64,000 bases of DNA from Mobula hypostoma. Its lineage: Eukaryota. The notes under the pieces were generated by a model. The model searched no databases. It had not been told where the DNA came from and saw nothing but the letters and a program-made list of their open reading frames with translations. Shown here piece after piece: positions 13,600-27,150 of this stretch; the stretch's first letter is position 1; each line of letters opens with the position of its first letter. The stretch lies in contig NC_086097.1 of the NCBI RefSeq assembly GCF_963921235.1, positions 67,458,001 through 67,522,000 of the forward strand, read 5' to 3'. Position numbers and translations under genes: made by a program.

Positions 13600-15800
13600 A
13601 ATTCTTCTGCATCCTCCCTTCTTCCTCAACACTACCTACCCCTCCACTTATCTTCGTATTGTCTGCAAACTTGGTCACGAAGCCATCAATTTCATCATCA
13701 GAGTCATTGACATGTAACATAAAAATAAGAGGTCACAACCCCAACCCCCATAAAACACCAATTATCACTGGCAGCCAATTAGAAAAGGCTCCCTCTATTC
13801 CCACTCTTTGCCTCCTGCCAATGAGCCAATACTCTATGCTTGCTAATATCTTTCCTGTAAATCCATGGGATCTTATCTTGCTAAGTAGCTTCATGTACAG
13901 CACCTTGTCAAAGGCCTTCTGAAAATCCAAGTACACAACAACCACTGATTCTCTTTTGCCTATCCTGCCTTGTTCAATCCTCAAAGAATTCCAATAGTTT
14001 TATCAGGCAATATTTTCCCTTAAGGAAACCATGCTGACTTTGGCCTATTTTATCATGTGTCTCCAAGTACCTCAAAACCTCGTCCTTAGCAATCAACTTC
14101 CAACAACTTCCCAACCATTGAGGTCAGGCTAACAGACCTATGATTTCCTTTCTTCTGCCTTTCTTCCTTCTTGAAGAGGGGAGTGACATTTGCAATTTTC
14201 TAGTCCTCTGGAATCATGCTAGAATCTACTGATTCTTGAAAGATCACTACTAATGCATCCACAATCTCTTTAGCTACATCTTTCAGAGACGTGGGATGCA
14301 GATGCAGTGCATCTTATCCAGGTGATTTACCTAACTTCAGACCTTTCAGCTTCCCAAGCACATTCTCCTTAGTAATAGCAACTTCACTCACTTCTGCCCC
14401 CTAACACTCTTGAACTTCTGGTATACAGCTGGTGTCCTCCACCAAGAAGACTGATGCAAAATACTTATGTCCTCTTTCTATGGATTTGATTTCACTTTTT
14501 ACCAACACAGCCATTCTATCCCATTTGCCTTCCTGCCTGTCCCTTAGATACATGTATCATTGGATGTTATGTCCCCCAACTGGAATCTTCTTTCAGCTAC
14601 AACTCAGTGATGCCTATAACATCATACCTGCTGATGTCTAACTGCACTACAAGATCGTCCGCCTTATTCTGTACATAAGCTTTCAAATATGACATCTTCA
14701 GTCCTGTATTCATTACCATTTTCAACTTGGTCCCATTGCACTGTAACTCATACCACTTCCATGCAATTTTGCCCGTTCATCTGCCTATCTTCCTAACAGT
14801 CTCACCAGAAACTGGGTCAGCTAGTATACCAACTGCGTCATCCTCAACCCTTTCACTCAGTTTCCCATCTGCCTTCCAAATTTGTTTAAACCTTCCCTAA
14901 CAGATCCAGAAAACCTGCCCACAGGCATATTGGTGCCCCTTGGGTTCAGATGTATCCCGTCCATTTTGTGCAGGTCATGCCTTCCCCAGAAGAGATCCCA
15001 CTGATCAAGAAATCTGAAACCATGCCCCTGCACTAGTTCCTCAGCCATGCATTACTACCTTGGAGATCCTGATTTACACTTTTTCATCTAGCTCCCTAAA
15101 TTTCTTTTCAAGACCTCCTCCCTTTTCCTACCTATGTCATTGTTGCCAATATGTACCATGACTTCTATCAATACTGCAGTCCTTTTCTCCCCGCTTCCCT
15201 TCTGAGCCACAATGCCAGAGACCAGGTTGCTGCAGTTCTCCCCGGTAGGATGTCTCCCCTAACAGTATCCAAAGCGGTATAGTTGTTAATGAGGGGAATA
15301 TCCAAGGGGTATTCTGTACTGGCTGCCTATTTCCTTTCCCTCCCCTTAAAGTCTCCCAGGTATCAGCCTCCTGCCATCTTGGGTGTGACTACCTCCCTGT
15401 AGCTTCTATCCATCACCTCCTCACTTTCCTGTAGGATCTGAAGGTCATCGAGCTGCATCTCCATTTCCTTAGCATGTTCTTTGAGGAGCTGTAGCTTGGT
15501 GCATCTGGTGGAGGTTTCCCAGAATTCCCACATCTCACCCAAAGAACACAATACAGCCCCCGGAGCCATTCTCACTGCTCTTACTATGTACCAACAGACA
15601 CAGAATGTAGAATTAAGAAGAAGAAATTTACCAGATACATACCTCACACAAGTTTCTTCTTGCCAAAGCTTCCCCACTCTAACACTGGTCCACTCCAACA
15701 TGGGCGGTCCACTTATCCCTGCCTCATTTTTATCTGCCCTTGCTAATGAATTGTGATTTAATTGGGCTGCCGGGAAACACCAAAAACCCACAAACACTCC
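13600..15800 (-). mobile_element. Decayed CR1 LINE 5' half: ORF1 (zinc finger/leucine zipper plus SGNH-esterase-like domain) and RT N-terminus
   Basis: MWEFWETS...CTKLQLLKEH...QLDDL; GFRFLDQWDLFWGRHDLHKMDGIHLNPRG (esterase-like); VYLDFQKAFDKV (RT). Confidence 0.85.
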
Positions 15801-17944
15801 TTTTTAAATCTCTCTCAGGAATTGCTGGTAGGTGGGGAGCCAAAGAAACCATTATAACTTATTGGTCAGATTAGATAGACAAGCTGGTCTTTCCTTGACA
15901 TTTTTGTATGCTAACAAGTAAAAGACTATTTTATTTGTATCTCTATCAATTAAACTCAGTTGTTTACATGAAAAAAGAATGGAAGAGGACTTGTTAAATC
16001 AGAAATGTAGTGAACTCAAGGCAAAATACAGATTATGAAGATTGAGTGACACTATGCCTAATTTTAAATTATTCTGATGTATAGTTGCTATAAACAAACA
16101 AGAAAATGCCTGATTTACTATCTATGGTTAGATATACTTAATATAGGGCTTTCCCCTTTGTTGTTAAATTATGACATTAGAATTCTGAATGATAGTTATG
16201 AGACATGGACAATACAATGTTAGCCATTTATTTATTGCTAAACAAAACTACAAGAGAATTCCAGTGGCATCTGATTTCTCTATTACTTACAAGTACCTCA
16301 GTTAGTTCAAAAGAAATACTAAAATGTAACCAGTGTGATTTCCGACATGACGTCTAAATTCGATGCAGCTATCAATGAAGGGCAATATTCCTTAAACATA
16401 CACTCCTTTTGGCATACACACGTAAGCAATACGCAATTTAACAGAAGCTTCAGAGAAAAGCCACAGAGCTCTCAAATTTCCAGAAAGGTAATAGAGGTGC
16501 TCATCAGTGAACAATATGATAATAGGGAAGTTCAGTGTGTTGAGATAGAGGAAAGAGGGCCCATGAGGCGTGCCAGGCTCACCAGATACAAAGCTTGGCA
16601 GCAGCAGGTTCATTATTTCTTCCAGGATGGAGAAATTCCATTTAATTGAGCAATGTTCCAAGAAATTTCACAAACAAGCTATGTCAAGTTACAATCCATT
16701 AAAAATACTGCACTCTCATCCATACAAATATCCACAGTGAAACACATACATTTATACAAAAATGCTCACAGATTTTTACTCAAGCCACACCCATCAACCC
16801 ATTCCTCTCCAGTCCCATGCTCGCCCTCCACCACTGACATTTTAATCCCACAGAGACACGTAGGTGAGGCCTCCAAAGATAGGACTCAAATGGTGTCAGC
16901 AATCGGACCAGAGGCACCCACCCTTTGAATAATTATATGCTGTGCCAATTAGCCTTGCTTGTTCGAGCACACACTCTGAAGACTCTTAAAGATGTTTTAA
17001 CAGTACATACTGTAGCTGTTCTGGAGTTGTCTTGTGAAGTGTACAGATATCAGCATGGTGATCTTTTAAATCACAACTAATATAGAAACACAGGATTTTA
17101 TATATTTTTTTTCACATAGATGTTAGTAATAATCATTTTCTTGAGTTTTAAGCTCCAGTTTCAGTTGCACAATGACTGATATCATTTGATGCACATCTGA
17201 TGCTGAGAAAACACTGAATGTGCTAACATGGATCACAATCAGTAATACTGATCCAATTTTGTAATTGGCACAATTTCAGATTTACTCCAGGAGTAACTGA
17301 TTTTTAGGTTACATTGCATTGGGAAAAAAAGCACTCTTCAATCCAGTTCCCTAAAAACACACATTTCCAATCTTTACACTTACTTGCTGGCAATTAATCC
17401 ATAAAATCAGATTCTTTATCAAGCAGTTTTACCAACAGCATGTTTGTTGTGGTGTGTGCACGGGTTCACATACACCCATATTTTTAAGATACATGATACA
17501 TAACCTAAGACTGGACAGGTTTGAGTAGGAGCCTGGAGCAAATGTCCAAAGTGAAAGGCATGAATGAAATCAGTTTATCTTTATTCACTTCAGTAATTTT
17601 ACTAATATTTCCTGTTTAGCAGGTAAAAGCAGCATCTTGTGAACTTTCGTTCACAGTCCATAGAGCAATTTTGCCTCTGTGAACTGTGAACGTATGGTTT
17701 GAGAAACAAACATACAGTACATTTTTTTTCAGTAATACTGTATTTGCTTTTTGATACATCTTGTGTTGAAAAATAGACTTTTAATAATGAGGTAGAATGA
17801 CTGGTTTCTTTGCCAAGTAAAAGGTAACAACTGTATTGCACAGAAGTTTAGAATTTCAGATCTTTTTGAAATTAGATATTTATATTACGGTAATTGATAT
17901 TTTGTTTGGTACAGATAATCTGCATTAAATATATTTTTCTCATA

Positions 17945-20060
17945 TTATTTGATGAAGTCTCTCAGCCTGAAGTATCGACTGTTCATTTGCCTCCGTAGAA
18001 ACTGCCTAACCTCTTGAAGGTTAATTAATTAATTAATCAATCAATCAATCAATCTTTTCTAACCCTTTTGAAGGCTAGAGCTGCGGCTTTTAGGTCCGGG
18101 GATACCAGTTGCTACACGGAATCCAAGCGTGCACTCTGGAAAGCAATTAAGGGCGCCAAGGGGCAATATTGACCCAATTTGGAAGCCCAGACTAACCAGA
18201 GGGATGCAGGTAGACTACGGCAAGATTTAAATGAGATCACTGGGTGCAAAGAAAGGGCTGGGAATATCAATTACTGTGGCGCTTCTCTTCCTGACGAACT
18301 TAACGCATTCTACGCGAGATTTGAACAGAACAGGAGCGTCCTGCTCCCTCTGGATGAACCGGACCTGGTGGCATCGAGATTCATCGTCACCAAGGAGGAT
18401 GTTAGAAGGGCCTTCCTGAAGATAAATCCAAGGAAGGCGAGGGGCCCAGATGGCATTCCGGGACGGGTTCTCTGGGCCTCTGCAAGCGAGCTAGCTGGAG
18501 TGTTTGCTGACATCTTCAACTGCTCCTTGCTTCAGTCTAAGATCCCCTCGTGTTTTAAGAAGGCAACGATAATCTCGGTGCTGAGGAAGAGTAAGGTGGC
18601 ATGCCTGGATGAATATCGACCTGTGGCTCTGACATCAATTGCTATGAAGTGCTTTGAGCGATTGGTTATGGCACACATCAACCACAGCCTACCAGTCACC
18701 CTTGACGCTTTGCAGTTTGCCTACCAGAGCAACAGATCAATGGCAAATGCCATCTCTCTGGCCCTACATTCCTCATTAGAACACCTGGAGAATAAAAACA
18801 CATACGTAAGGCTCCTCTTCATTGACTACAGCTCTGCCTTTAATACCATAATTCCAAATAAACTGATTCCTAAACTCCAGAACCTGGGTCTTTGCACTCA
18901 GATCTGCAGCTGGATCTTCAACTTCCTCACAGCCAGGACCCAGGCTGTAAAAATAGGGGACAAGCTCTCCTCTACAATCACTCTGAGCACCGGTGCCCCA
19001 CAAGGCTGTGTACTCAGCCCCCTGCTGTACTCGCTGTACACCCATGATTGTGTAGCTAAGTTTACATTAAACTCAATATATAAGTTTGCTTATGACACCA
19101 CAATTGTAGGCCGTATCTTGGGTAATGATGAGTTTGAGTACAGAGAGGAAATTAAGAACCTGGAGGCATGGTGCGAAGACAATAACCTATCCCTCAACGT
19201 CAGCAAGACCAAGGAATTGGTTGTTGACTTCAGAAGGAGTAGCAGACCGCACAACCCAATTTACATCGGTGGTGTGCAAGTGGAACAGGTCAAAAGCTTT
19301 AAGTTCCTGGGGGTCAATATCACAAATGACCTGACTTGGTCCAACCAAGCACAGTCCACTGCCAGGAAGGCCCACCAGCACCTTTACTTCCTGAGAAAGC
19401 TAAAGAAATTTGGCCTGTCCCCTAAAACCCTCACTAATTTTTATAGATGCACCGTAGAAAGCATTCTTCTAGGGTGCATCACAACCTGGTATGGAAGTTG
19501 TCCTGTCCAAGACCGGAAGAAGCTGCAGAAGATCGTAAACACAGCCCAGCACATCGCACAAACCAATTTTCTGTCCTTGGACTCACTTTACACCGCATGC
19601 TGTTGACAGTGCTGCCAGGATAATCAAGGACACGACCCATCCAGCCAACTCACTTTTCGTCCCTCTTCCCTCCGGGAGAAGGCTCAGGAGCTTGAAGACT
19701 CATACGGCCAGATTTGGGAACAGCTTCTTTCCAACTGTGATAAGCCTGCTGAACGGATCCTGACCCGGACCTGGGCTGTACCCTCCAAATATCTGGACCA
19801 GCCTCTCGGTTTTTTTTTGTACTACCTTATTTTCCCTTTTCTATTTTCTACTTACGATTTATAATTTAAATTTTTAATATTTACTATTGATTTGTACTCC
19901 AGGGAGCGTGAAGCACGGAATCAAATATCGCTGTGATGATTGTACGTTCTAGTATCAATTGTTTGGCGACAATAAAGTATAAAGTATAACCTGCTAAGTT
20001 TCTCCAGTACTTCGTGTGCTAGCTGTTCAAGATTACTAGCATCTGCCAAACCTTTTGTTA
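17945..20060 (+). mobile_element. Old PLE-pLTR-derived short repeat (pieces ~17945-18012 and ~19987-20060) split by the Rex1 insertion
   Basis: The halves join as ...GAAACTGCC-TAACCT-GCTAAGTTTCTCCAG..., resembling the PLE pLTR 3' end; TAACCT is duplicated at 18007-18012 and 19987-19992. Confidence 0.65.
18013..19986 (+). mobile_element. Rex1/Babar non-LTR retrotransposon, 5'-truncated; RT ORF 18179-19606
   Basis: [48 protein letters not shown]; catalytic FADD is mutated to FAYD; AATAAA and (AAAGTAT) tail; TAACCT TSD. Confidence 0.95.
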
Positions 20061-20279
20061 TATAATGTTATGTTCTCTTTTTAATTAATTCTAAAAGAAT
20101 ATAATTTCAATTTTAATTAAATTATTCTGAATTAGACAATCTATGCACCCCTTTTTAAGAACAATATTACAGGCTGACGGAAATTACACAAGTAAAGCAT
20201 AGACAAATTCTGGTAATTAGTCAATAATTAGTGCTAAGGGGGAGTCATTGCGCTAAAAGAAATAGATCCATACATTACA

Positions 20280-23200
20280 CTTCCTCCCCCTTTAGATTAA
20301 TGTAACATAAAACTGTATATGTAACAAAATATTCAATTTCTCTTTAACAGATCATGTTCAAATAAACATGCTTTCACAATAACAGTTCATAACTAACTTC
20401 ACTGTACTAAAGATTCAGACTTTTGGGTGGCGCTCTGTTTCTTTCAGGGTAGTGCCTCTATGGAGTGGTATCAGGTTTGGCCAGTGTCTTGTCAAAAGCA
20501 ACTTTCTCCTTTGCAGGTGTCACATTGCTATTAGTGACATGATCATCACTGAGAGGTAAGTCCAGTAGCTGTAATGGGTCCATCTTGATGGATGCAGTCG
20601 ACTCGGGTGTGTTCTTTGGCTGAGCATCAAGTACATGGTCCACATGACATCTCCATGTCTGATCTCCAACATCCACTGTGTACATCAGTGGTCCCATTCT
20701 TGTAGCTATCCTATCAGGTGTCCACTTGTCTTCTCAGTAATCACATACTAGGACTTCCTGTCCAACCTCGAAAATCCTTGCTGATTTACTTGGCAACTGG
20801 CTGAACTGTTTATTCCGCACATCTGGTTTCAGAAGGTCCATGCAAGATCTCAGATTCCTGCTCATGAACAGCATTGCAGGTGTTTGATTTTTTGACACAT
20901 GAACAAAGTTAATAGACTTTAACGGACTTCTTGAAGGTTTGAATAAACCTTTCAGCTAACCCATTTGTTGCTGGGTGTTGAGGAGCTGACTTGAAATGTT
21001 TGATGCCATTTTTCTTTATGAATAGTCTGAACTCTTCTGACGTGTATTGTGGTCTGTTGTCACTCACAATTCGTTCTGGTAAACCATTTCTGTAGAAGAC
21101 TGTCTTCAGAGTGGAAAGTCTTTCCTGATGTGATTGACTTCATTGGTATTATTTCAGGGCAATTTGAATGAGCATCCACAGCCATCAGAAACATAGTCAT
21201 GAATGGCCAAGCAAAGTCAATATGCACTTTTTGCCATGGTGTAGACGGTCACTCCCATGCATGTAATGGAGCCTGTGGGGGTACATTTTGAACTTTGTGG
21301 CATCTTGAACAGCTTTTGGCAAAGTCTTCAATCTGTCTATCTATTCCCAGCCACCACATGTAGCTCCAGGAGAGACCCTTCATCTTGACTGTACGCAGGG
21401 GTCCTTCATGCAGATTTTCTTATACCTGGTGTGCACTTTAGAGGGAACCACAACACGAGATCCAATCATTAGTATTCTTTGACATGCAGACAGTTGGTCT
21501 CGTCTCACTGAGAACCCTGGAAGCATAGGATTACCATGAGCTGGCCATCCTTGCATGGTGATGTCATGGACTTGCGACAACGTCGTCATTCCTTGTCTCT
21601 TTGTATTTCAGAATTTGTTACTGGTAGCTGGTCCACTGGATCTGTGTAGAACACTTTTGCTGGGTCACAGAATGAAAACTTTTCTTCAGTTGCCTATAGC
21701 GGAAGACATGACAAGCCATCAGTGTTGCTGTGTTGTTTGGTACCCTTGAACTCTATGTCATAAGAGTGAGCTCCTCGGAAAAGTGCCCAAAGTTGCAACC
21801 AGGTAGCAGACATCACTGGGATTCCCTTCCTGGGATTGAAAATGGACACAAGGGGTTGGTGGTCTATCACTAGAATAAACTTTTGTCTATAGAGGTAGTG
21901 GAGGAACTTCTTTACTCCCCATACTAGACTAAAGGCCTCTCAGTCAATCTGTGCTTAGTTGTGTTCTGTGCTTGCCAGTGACCTTAAAGCAAATGCTATC
22001 AGGTGTTCAGATCCATATTTTGTAGTGCGTGACAAAATGGCACCAATGCCATAAGGGGATGTACTCACACCAGTATGATGGGCAGAGATGGTCATATAGG
22101 GTGAGCAGTTCATCTGATGTTAATAGTCTTTTCGATTCCATGAATGCTCTTTCACATCATTCTGACCGCTCCCACTTTTCTCATGTCTGCAACAGAGTGT
22201 TCAATGGATGCAATACCGTAGGAAGATTTGGAAGAAACTTAATAGTAGTAGTTCACAAGGCCCAAGAATGACCTGAATTGTGACACATTTTCAGTTTAGG
22301 TGCCTGCAACATAGCTTCAATCTTCTCTTGTGACTTGTTTAAGCCATGCTTGTCAATGACATGTCCGCATTATTAGATTTCATTCTTGAAAAAACACAGA
22401 GTTCTCTCTCTTTGCATGCAGACCATACTTACTCAGCCTGGTAAGCACTTTACCTAGATTCTGGAGGTGCTCCTCATCATTCTTGCCAGTTACAATGATG
22501 CCATCAAGCTAACAATGTTTTCCTGTGATATGTTGAAGCACTTGGTCCATTTCTCTTTGTCAAATTGCTGGAGCTGATGCGACACCAAAGACAAAATGAT
22601 TATACTGGAACAGTCCCTTGTGAATGTTGATCTGATGTGTGAGGAACTTGCTGCCTGACTCCTCATCTCTATTTGCAGATACACTTGTGACAAGTCAATC
22701 TTTTAAAACCTCTCTCCGCCAGCCAAAGATGCAAAAATATCTACTATTTGTAGCAGAGGATACTACATGGTTCACAGCACAGGGTTGGTGCTTACTTTGA
22801 AGTCCCTGCATATGCGAACAGCTCTGGCTTTTCCTTTCTTGATCACCAGGACAATGGGCATGGCCCAATCGCTCCACTCAACCTTGGAGAGAATGCCAGA
22901 CGCCTCCAAGCTCTGAAGTTCTGCATCCACTTTAGGACGTCGTATGTAAGGCACTAGATGCGCTTTATGGAATCCTGGTGCTGCTGCTTCATCCAGTTCA
23001 ATTCTGGCCTTCGTGTTTACCAATACCCTTCCGAAACACCTTCTCATTAGCATTAAGCAGCTGTGACAGTCTCTGGTTAGTGCTACTGCTTAGGATGCAG
23101 TTGTCTATTGGTGACACATTGAAAACTATGATTGTGTGGCAGTCTAGCTGGATTTTTCTCAATCATTCACTTCTGAAAAGTGCTAGTCCTCCACTTTTCA

Positions 23201-24380
23201 ACACATAAATCTATAACTGCTGTTTTCTCTCCATACGTCACATTCATTTTCAGTTTGCCTTAGGGCCTGTGTAGGTCTTTAGCATCACCAAGTTCTTTTC
23301 TAATGGTAGCTTAGTAAATAGTCCGCTGTAGTCAGCCCCTGAAATTACAGACAAAGGTGACCATGTATCAGGCTCCATTTTCAGGTTTATACCAGACGCA
23401 TCTGTTGTGATCCATATGATTTTGCGATCTGCTTCAGTAATTCTATGCAGTTCTAGGTATATCAGTTCACCTTTGTCAGACTCTGTGTTGTCTGATTCTG
23501 TTTCACATTCAGTCATTTTATACATTTGTTTGGTCTTGTGCTTGGAACTTTTCACTCTGTGGTTTTTCTCTTTGGTTGTGCTTTTTATCTGGCATGCACA
23601 CTCCCTCTATGTGGCCTTGTCTGTGACACTTCCAGCAAACTATTTCTTTGAATCAACAGTCATATGCATCATGGAAAGATTTACTACATTGATAACATTT
23701 TTGGCTTTTTGCACTATTCAGGAACATTTTGTGCATTTCACATTCTAATCTCTTTTTCTATAGTTCTGCAGTGTCCTTTGCCACGGTCTCCAATGAAACT
23801 GCAATGGTCAATGCCTTTTCTAAGGTTAGGACTCTTTCTGACAGTAGCCTCTTTTGAATGCTTTGACTATGTATGCCACATACAAGCCTATCCCTTAATG
23901 TGTCAGAAAGTCCATCTCTAAAGTCACAGTATTGGGAAAGTTTGCGCAGTTCTGCAATGCATTCAGAGGTCCTTTCATCTTTCGACTAGTTCTGTTGGGA
24001 AATCTAAATCTTTCAGCTACTACTTACAGTTTTGGGCTCAAGTGATTTTGCAAATTTGCAACTTTGTGGAACATCTTGCTTGCTGGCTTTTCAGGAGTTA
24101 TGATGTTGTGTAAGAGACTGTACTTACTAGTGTCCATTAAGTTAAGAAGCTTGAAGACTTTCTTCACCTCATCTACATCGTTAGCATTAAAATACAGTTC
24201 AACCCTCTTGATATACAATTCCCAGTCCTGATTAGCACTATCAAATTCATCAGCTTTCCCGACTAAGGCCACTGTTAAGTTATTTTTATTTTAGCTTTGC
24301 TAGTTATGAGTCTCTCACTGTGTACTGTTACTCACGCGTCCTTTTCTTGCATCTGTGACCACGTTCTCCATCACCCTACT
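20280..24380 (-). mobile_element. Decayed near-complete internal region of a Ty3/Gypsy LTR retrotransposon (gag, protease, RT, RNase H, integrase, PPT)
   Basis: gag MALVGKADEFDSANQDWELYIKRVELYF; protease-like LKMEPDTWSPLSVIS; RT SDWAMPIVLVIKKGKARAVRICRDFK; QGWP and YTVDVGDQTWRCHVDH downstream; PPT AAAGGGGGAGGAA (minus, 20281-20293) followed by TG. Confidence 0.9.
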
Positions 24381-24564
24381 AGTTCAGTTCACTCTTTCCT
24401 CTCACTATCTCTCTGCCTTTCTCTGAATTCTGTCATCTTGTAACTGTTGGTGCAGTTGGTGATATCTGCTGACATTCAGGTTTGTATTTGTCGCCAATTT
24501 CACAAATTCACAACATTAAAGCTGCCTATTTTCGATACTATAAAACCAAACTTACTTGATGTGA

Positions 24565-25345
24565 TCAAACAGAAAATGCTGGTAACACTCAGTAGGTCAA
24601 GTAGAATATGTGAACAAAGAAATAGAAGATAGAAGACACTTTGTTAGAACTGTGAAGGAGTAAAAAAACTTAGTTTAAAACTGTGGAGAGTGTGGCTGAG
24701 GTCAACAAAAGAACAGGAATATTTCTCATTGTGTGAGGATAGGTCTGCTGTGATAGCAAGCTGCTGGTGAATTCACCAGCTTAATGAAGATAGGTAAATT
24801 AAGAGAGAACAGAAAACAAAAAAAACATATGAAATATGTGAAAAGTAGGTCAGATTTACAGAAAATAGTCAGCAGAGTTAGTGAGGCAAGAAAACTGAGT
24901 TTATATTGCAGATGGTTAACCTGCTCAATATTGGCTGGTTCTGATGCAAACATAGAAAGCGAGTTACCTGAAATTGTTGAATTCACTATTAAGTATGAAA
25001 AGCCGAAATTTCAGTATTCAGTATGCATTTCCCGCAGCTCAGCTCTACTCTGTATATCACAGCTTTCACTAGTTGCTATCTTCCTTTACTTTCTGATCAA
25101 CCAGACAGCTTCAACAGCTTCTTACCATGTCAACAACTTCTTACCATGTCAACAACCCTTCCCTTTCACAATTAGTGATACTCCTTTTGTTTTATCCATC
25201 CTTCCCTCTTTTCAACGACTCTCTTTTCCAGTTCTGATGAAACATTTTGACCCTGAAACATTTTCTCTGTTTCTATTTCCACAGATGTTGCCTGATACTT
25301 TAGGTGTGCTCAGCAATTTCTTTTTTCTTTCAGATTTCTAGCAAT
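24565..25345. mobile_element. Old Penelope-derived element with inverted pseudo-LTR ends
   Basis: Minus-oriented pLTR end at ~24565-24650, GIY-ORF terminus LNSEFNNFR* on the minus strand near 24960-24990, plus-oriented pLTR end with degenerate CTGATGA...GAAAC at ~25230-25345. Confidence 0.6.
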
Positions 25346-25369
25346 GTATAATGAGTTCTACTTACTTCT

Positions 25370-25700
25370 CTAAAACAGATGGCCTTTATTGCCAGAGATT
25401 AAATTTAAGAGCAGTGAGTTTATGCTGAAACTGAACAGGGTAGTGGTGAAACCACAGTTGGAGTACTTCCTGCAGTTCTGTTCTCTTTACTTGAGGAAAG
25501 ACACACTGTCTTTGAAAGCAGTGCAGTGCAGGTTGATTCTGGAGATGAGGCTGTTAGCTTATGAGAAGAGACTGAGTTGCCTGGAACTATACTCAATGGA
25601 ATTCAGAAGAATGAGAGGAGATCTTACAGAAATATATAAAATTACTGTATGAAAGGAATAGATAAGACGGAGATATAAAGAGGGGTATCTAGAGAAGAGG
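25370..25700 (+). mobile_element. CR1 LINE 3' fragment
   Basis: VKPQLEYFLQFCSLYLRKD...RRMRGDLTEIYKI. Confidence 0.8.
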
Positions 25701-25919
25701 GAATGTGGAAAATGTTTTTAAATGTAATTATGTAATCTTCCTCATAGTGCTCTGTCTCTTGTGTTGGTCCCTCTCTCAGAGAAGGCTGCAATAATATTGT
25801 AAGACAGAAGAAATGATGTCTAGGAATCATGAGAAGTAATTAATTTCATATTGGTATCATCATTGCCAAAGTAGTACAGGAACTTTGGCACTAATGTCAT
25901 TAGAAAGCAATTGTGGTTA

Positions 25920-27150
25920 CCTACAGCAAGGGAACTACAGGGTGGTTAGCCTAACATCAGTGGTGGCGAAGTTATTGATGAGGGTTTTGAGATACAGCAT
26001 TTACCTGCTTTTGTCAAGGCAAGGTCTGATTAGGGATAATCAGCAAGGTTGTTTTTCTGAGAAAAGTTGCATCTCATGAACTTAACTGATTTTTTAAAAG
26101 ATGTGACCAAGAGGACTGATGAAGACAGAGTAATCTATATGAATTTTAGCAAGTTTTTGACAAGGTATTGCATGGTAGGCTGGTTGGGAAGGTTAGATCA
26201 CATGGGATCGACAGTGAGCTAGCCAATTAGATACGAACTGGATTGGTGGAAGGAGTCAGAAATTGATAGTGGTTCAGATTCAAGGCCTATGACCAGTGGA
26301 ATACCACAGAGACCAGGACTAGGTCCCTTACTGTTTGTCATTTATATTAATAATTTGGATGAGAATGTTGGTGGCATAATCAGTAAGGTTGTGGATGACA
26401 TCAATAAGATCTAGATCAATTGGGAAAATGAACGAAGAAATGCCAGATGAAACTTAATTCAGATAAGTGTGAAGTGATGCATTTTGTGAAGATAACCCTA
26501 GCTCCAACCTTGGCCTCTGCTAAGTTTACATTGTAAATAGCAAGACCCTGGTGAGAGTTGTAGAACAGAGACCATAGGAGCACAAGTCTGTAGTTCCCTG
26601 AAAGTGGTGACACAGATAAAATAATGGAGAAGGCACATGGCATGCTTGCCTTAATTAGGCAGGGCATCGCGTACAAGAATGGGTTGTCAGGTAACGGTTG
26701 TATGAGTGAGAACATTGGTGAGAATATTGTGGGAAGGATTGGGGGTCTTTGTCGGCGGAGACTGTTTTATCAAGAATGAAGGAGGTTGTTAGGGTGACTT
26801 TACTGAAGTTTATAAAATAATGAGGGACATAGATAAAGTAGAACAACACAGAATTCCCCCTAGGGTAGGGGAATCTAAAACTAGAGGGCACAGGTATAAA
26901 GTGAGAAGAGAAAGGTTTAAAGGGAACTTGAGAGGGCAATTTTTTTTACATAGAGGGTTGTGGATATATGGAATGAGCTAACATATAAAGAGATAAAGGT
27001 GAATATAATTAAAATTTTTAGAAGACATTTGGATACGTTCATGTATAGGAAAAGTTTAGAAGGATGTAGCCAAAATGACACCTTGGTTGGTATGGATCAA
27101 TTAGGCCAAAGTGCCAGTTTCTTTATGCTAAATAATGCTATAACTCTACA
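25920..27150 (+). mobile_element. Decayed CR1 LINE RT-to-3' end
   Basis: GNYRVVSLTSVVAKL and colinear similarity to the CR1 at 48918-50295. Confidence 0.85.

Noticed and set aside
18179..19606. 475-aa RT ORF as an active or domesticated gene
   Set aside because: 5'-truncated, lacks the endonuclease, FADD mutated to FAYD, frameshifted at the C-terminus
24784..25341. 185-aa ORF
   Set aside because: Spans a decayed PLE-derived repeat; no domain
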